Part shown: positions 63,503 through 64,000 of the stretch, in pieces
How positions within the stretch are numbered: position 1 is the stretch's first letter
How the letters are laid out: every line of letters begins with the position of its first letter
Source: an uncultured Rhabdochlamydiaceae bacterium
GTDB lineage: Bacteria; Chlamydiota; Chlamydiia; Chlamydiales; Rhabdochlamydiaceae
Reading direction: 5' to 3'
NCBI GenBank assembly: GCA_963712275.1
Contig: CAVQHD010000001.1
Location: 544,001-608,000, forward strand
Length of the DNA stretch: 64,000 nt
Program-made: the position numbers and the translations under genes
Notes under the pieces: generated by a model
Told to the model about the DNA's origin: nothing
The model's database searches: none
What the model saw: only the letters and a program-made list of their open reading frames with translations

Positions 63503-63809
63503 TTGACACCCAACCCCGAAGGGTGGTGATTTATGGTACCTTATAGGTCCACCTTACGGACGGTTTACTTCGAGCACTATGGCTCTCACGCCCGTTGCTC
63601 AACCGATAGATTGAGCAAGAGTCAGATTTAAGCGTCTGTTTCTTGCGCCAGTCCGAAGACTAAATACGTAGAGTTGGGAAATTCCCAAGCCAGAGACAAC
63701 TTAATGCCATTGGACACCCTAAAATGTATGTAACTCTAAAAGAAAAGCAGATTAAAATCAAGAGGGAGCAGTGCTTCCTCCCAGTTCTAAAGGACTGGGT
63801 TTCCGCACT
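63503..63809 (-). mobile_element. Probable non-autonomous IS200/IS605-family derivative
   Basis: Minus strand: TTGAC|AGTGCGGAAACCCAGTCCTTTAGAACTGGGAGGAAGCACTG ... AATCACCACCCTTCGGGGTTGGGTGTCAA. Confidence 0.55.
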
Positions 63810-63850
63810 GTCAATCGGATGAATAAAAGTGGCTATTTTTGCAATTTTTT

Positions 63851-64000
63851 TCAGAAATACCAGTACACAGTGCCAACAGCGGAAATAAAAGATGCCGAAT
63901 TTCTCCCAGCAATTGTAAACCATGAACCGATTTCAATGCCGAAGTTGGGAGAGGGGTTATACTCAATGCAAGGAGCAATGCTCCATTGTTCAAGGGAGGG
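63851..64000 (-). CDS. C-terminus of an outer membrane beta-barrel protein (5' part outside window; not in ORF track)
   Basis: PSLEQWSIAPCIEYNPSPNFGIEIGSWFTIAGRNSASFISAVGTVYWYF*. Confidence 0.7.
   Translation of the reverse strand, partial: PSLEQWSIAPCIEYNPSPNFGIEIGSWFTIAGRNSASFISAVGTVYWYF

Noticed and set aside
63660..63993. ORF-track entries 63660-63923 and 63811-63993
   Set aside because: Wrong frames; the credible frame is the beta-barrel C-terminus ending at 63851

Overview
Chromosomal segment of an environmental Chlamydiae-like bacterium. The assignment rests on the sctJ-K-L-R-S-T cluster, mutL-pepP next to pseudopilin-like genes, a divergent groEL near ahpC, fliY/hemH, and MOMP-like and Pmp-like proteins. 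Housekeeping genes (putA, trkAH, tRNA-Arg, ahpC, eno, cca, mutL, sufBCDS, hemH) are interspersed with effector-like genes (OTU protease, LRR pair, CX5R phosphatase, kinase-like pair, Tad2-like protein). The most striking signal is non-coding: several families of palindromic or inverted-repeat elements. (1) A GxxExxY (PD-(D/E)XK-like) gene sits between ~140-bp inverted arms, and a gene-less 220-bp palindrome of the same family lies 30 kb away; three of the four arm tips supply host stop codons. (2) A 167-bp MITE with a 4-bp target duplication is inserted in frame inside sufS (+57 aa) and has an intergenic twin. (3) A TA-flanked 161-bp hairpin rewired a stop codon/RBS junction. (4) A TNA-flanked family has two copies. 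(5) There is a probable ORF-less IS200/IS605 derivative. A Gly-rich autotransporter is split at a G7 tract. All calls come from reading the sequence; no searches were run.
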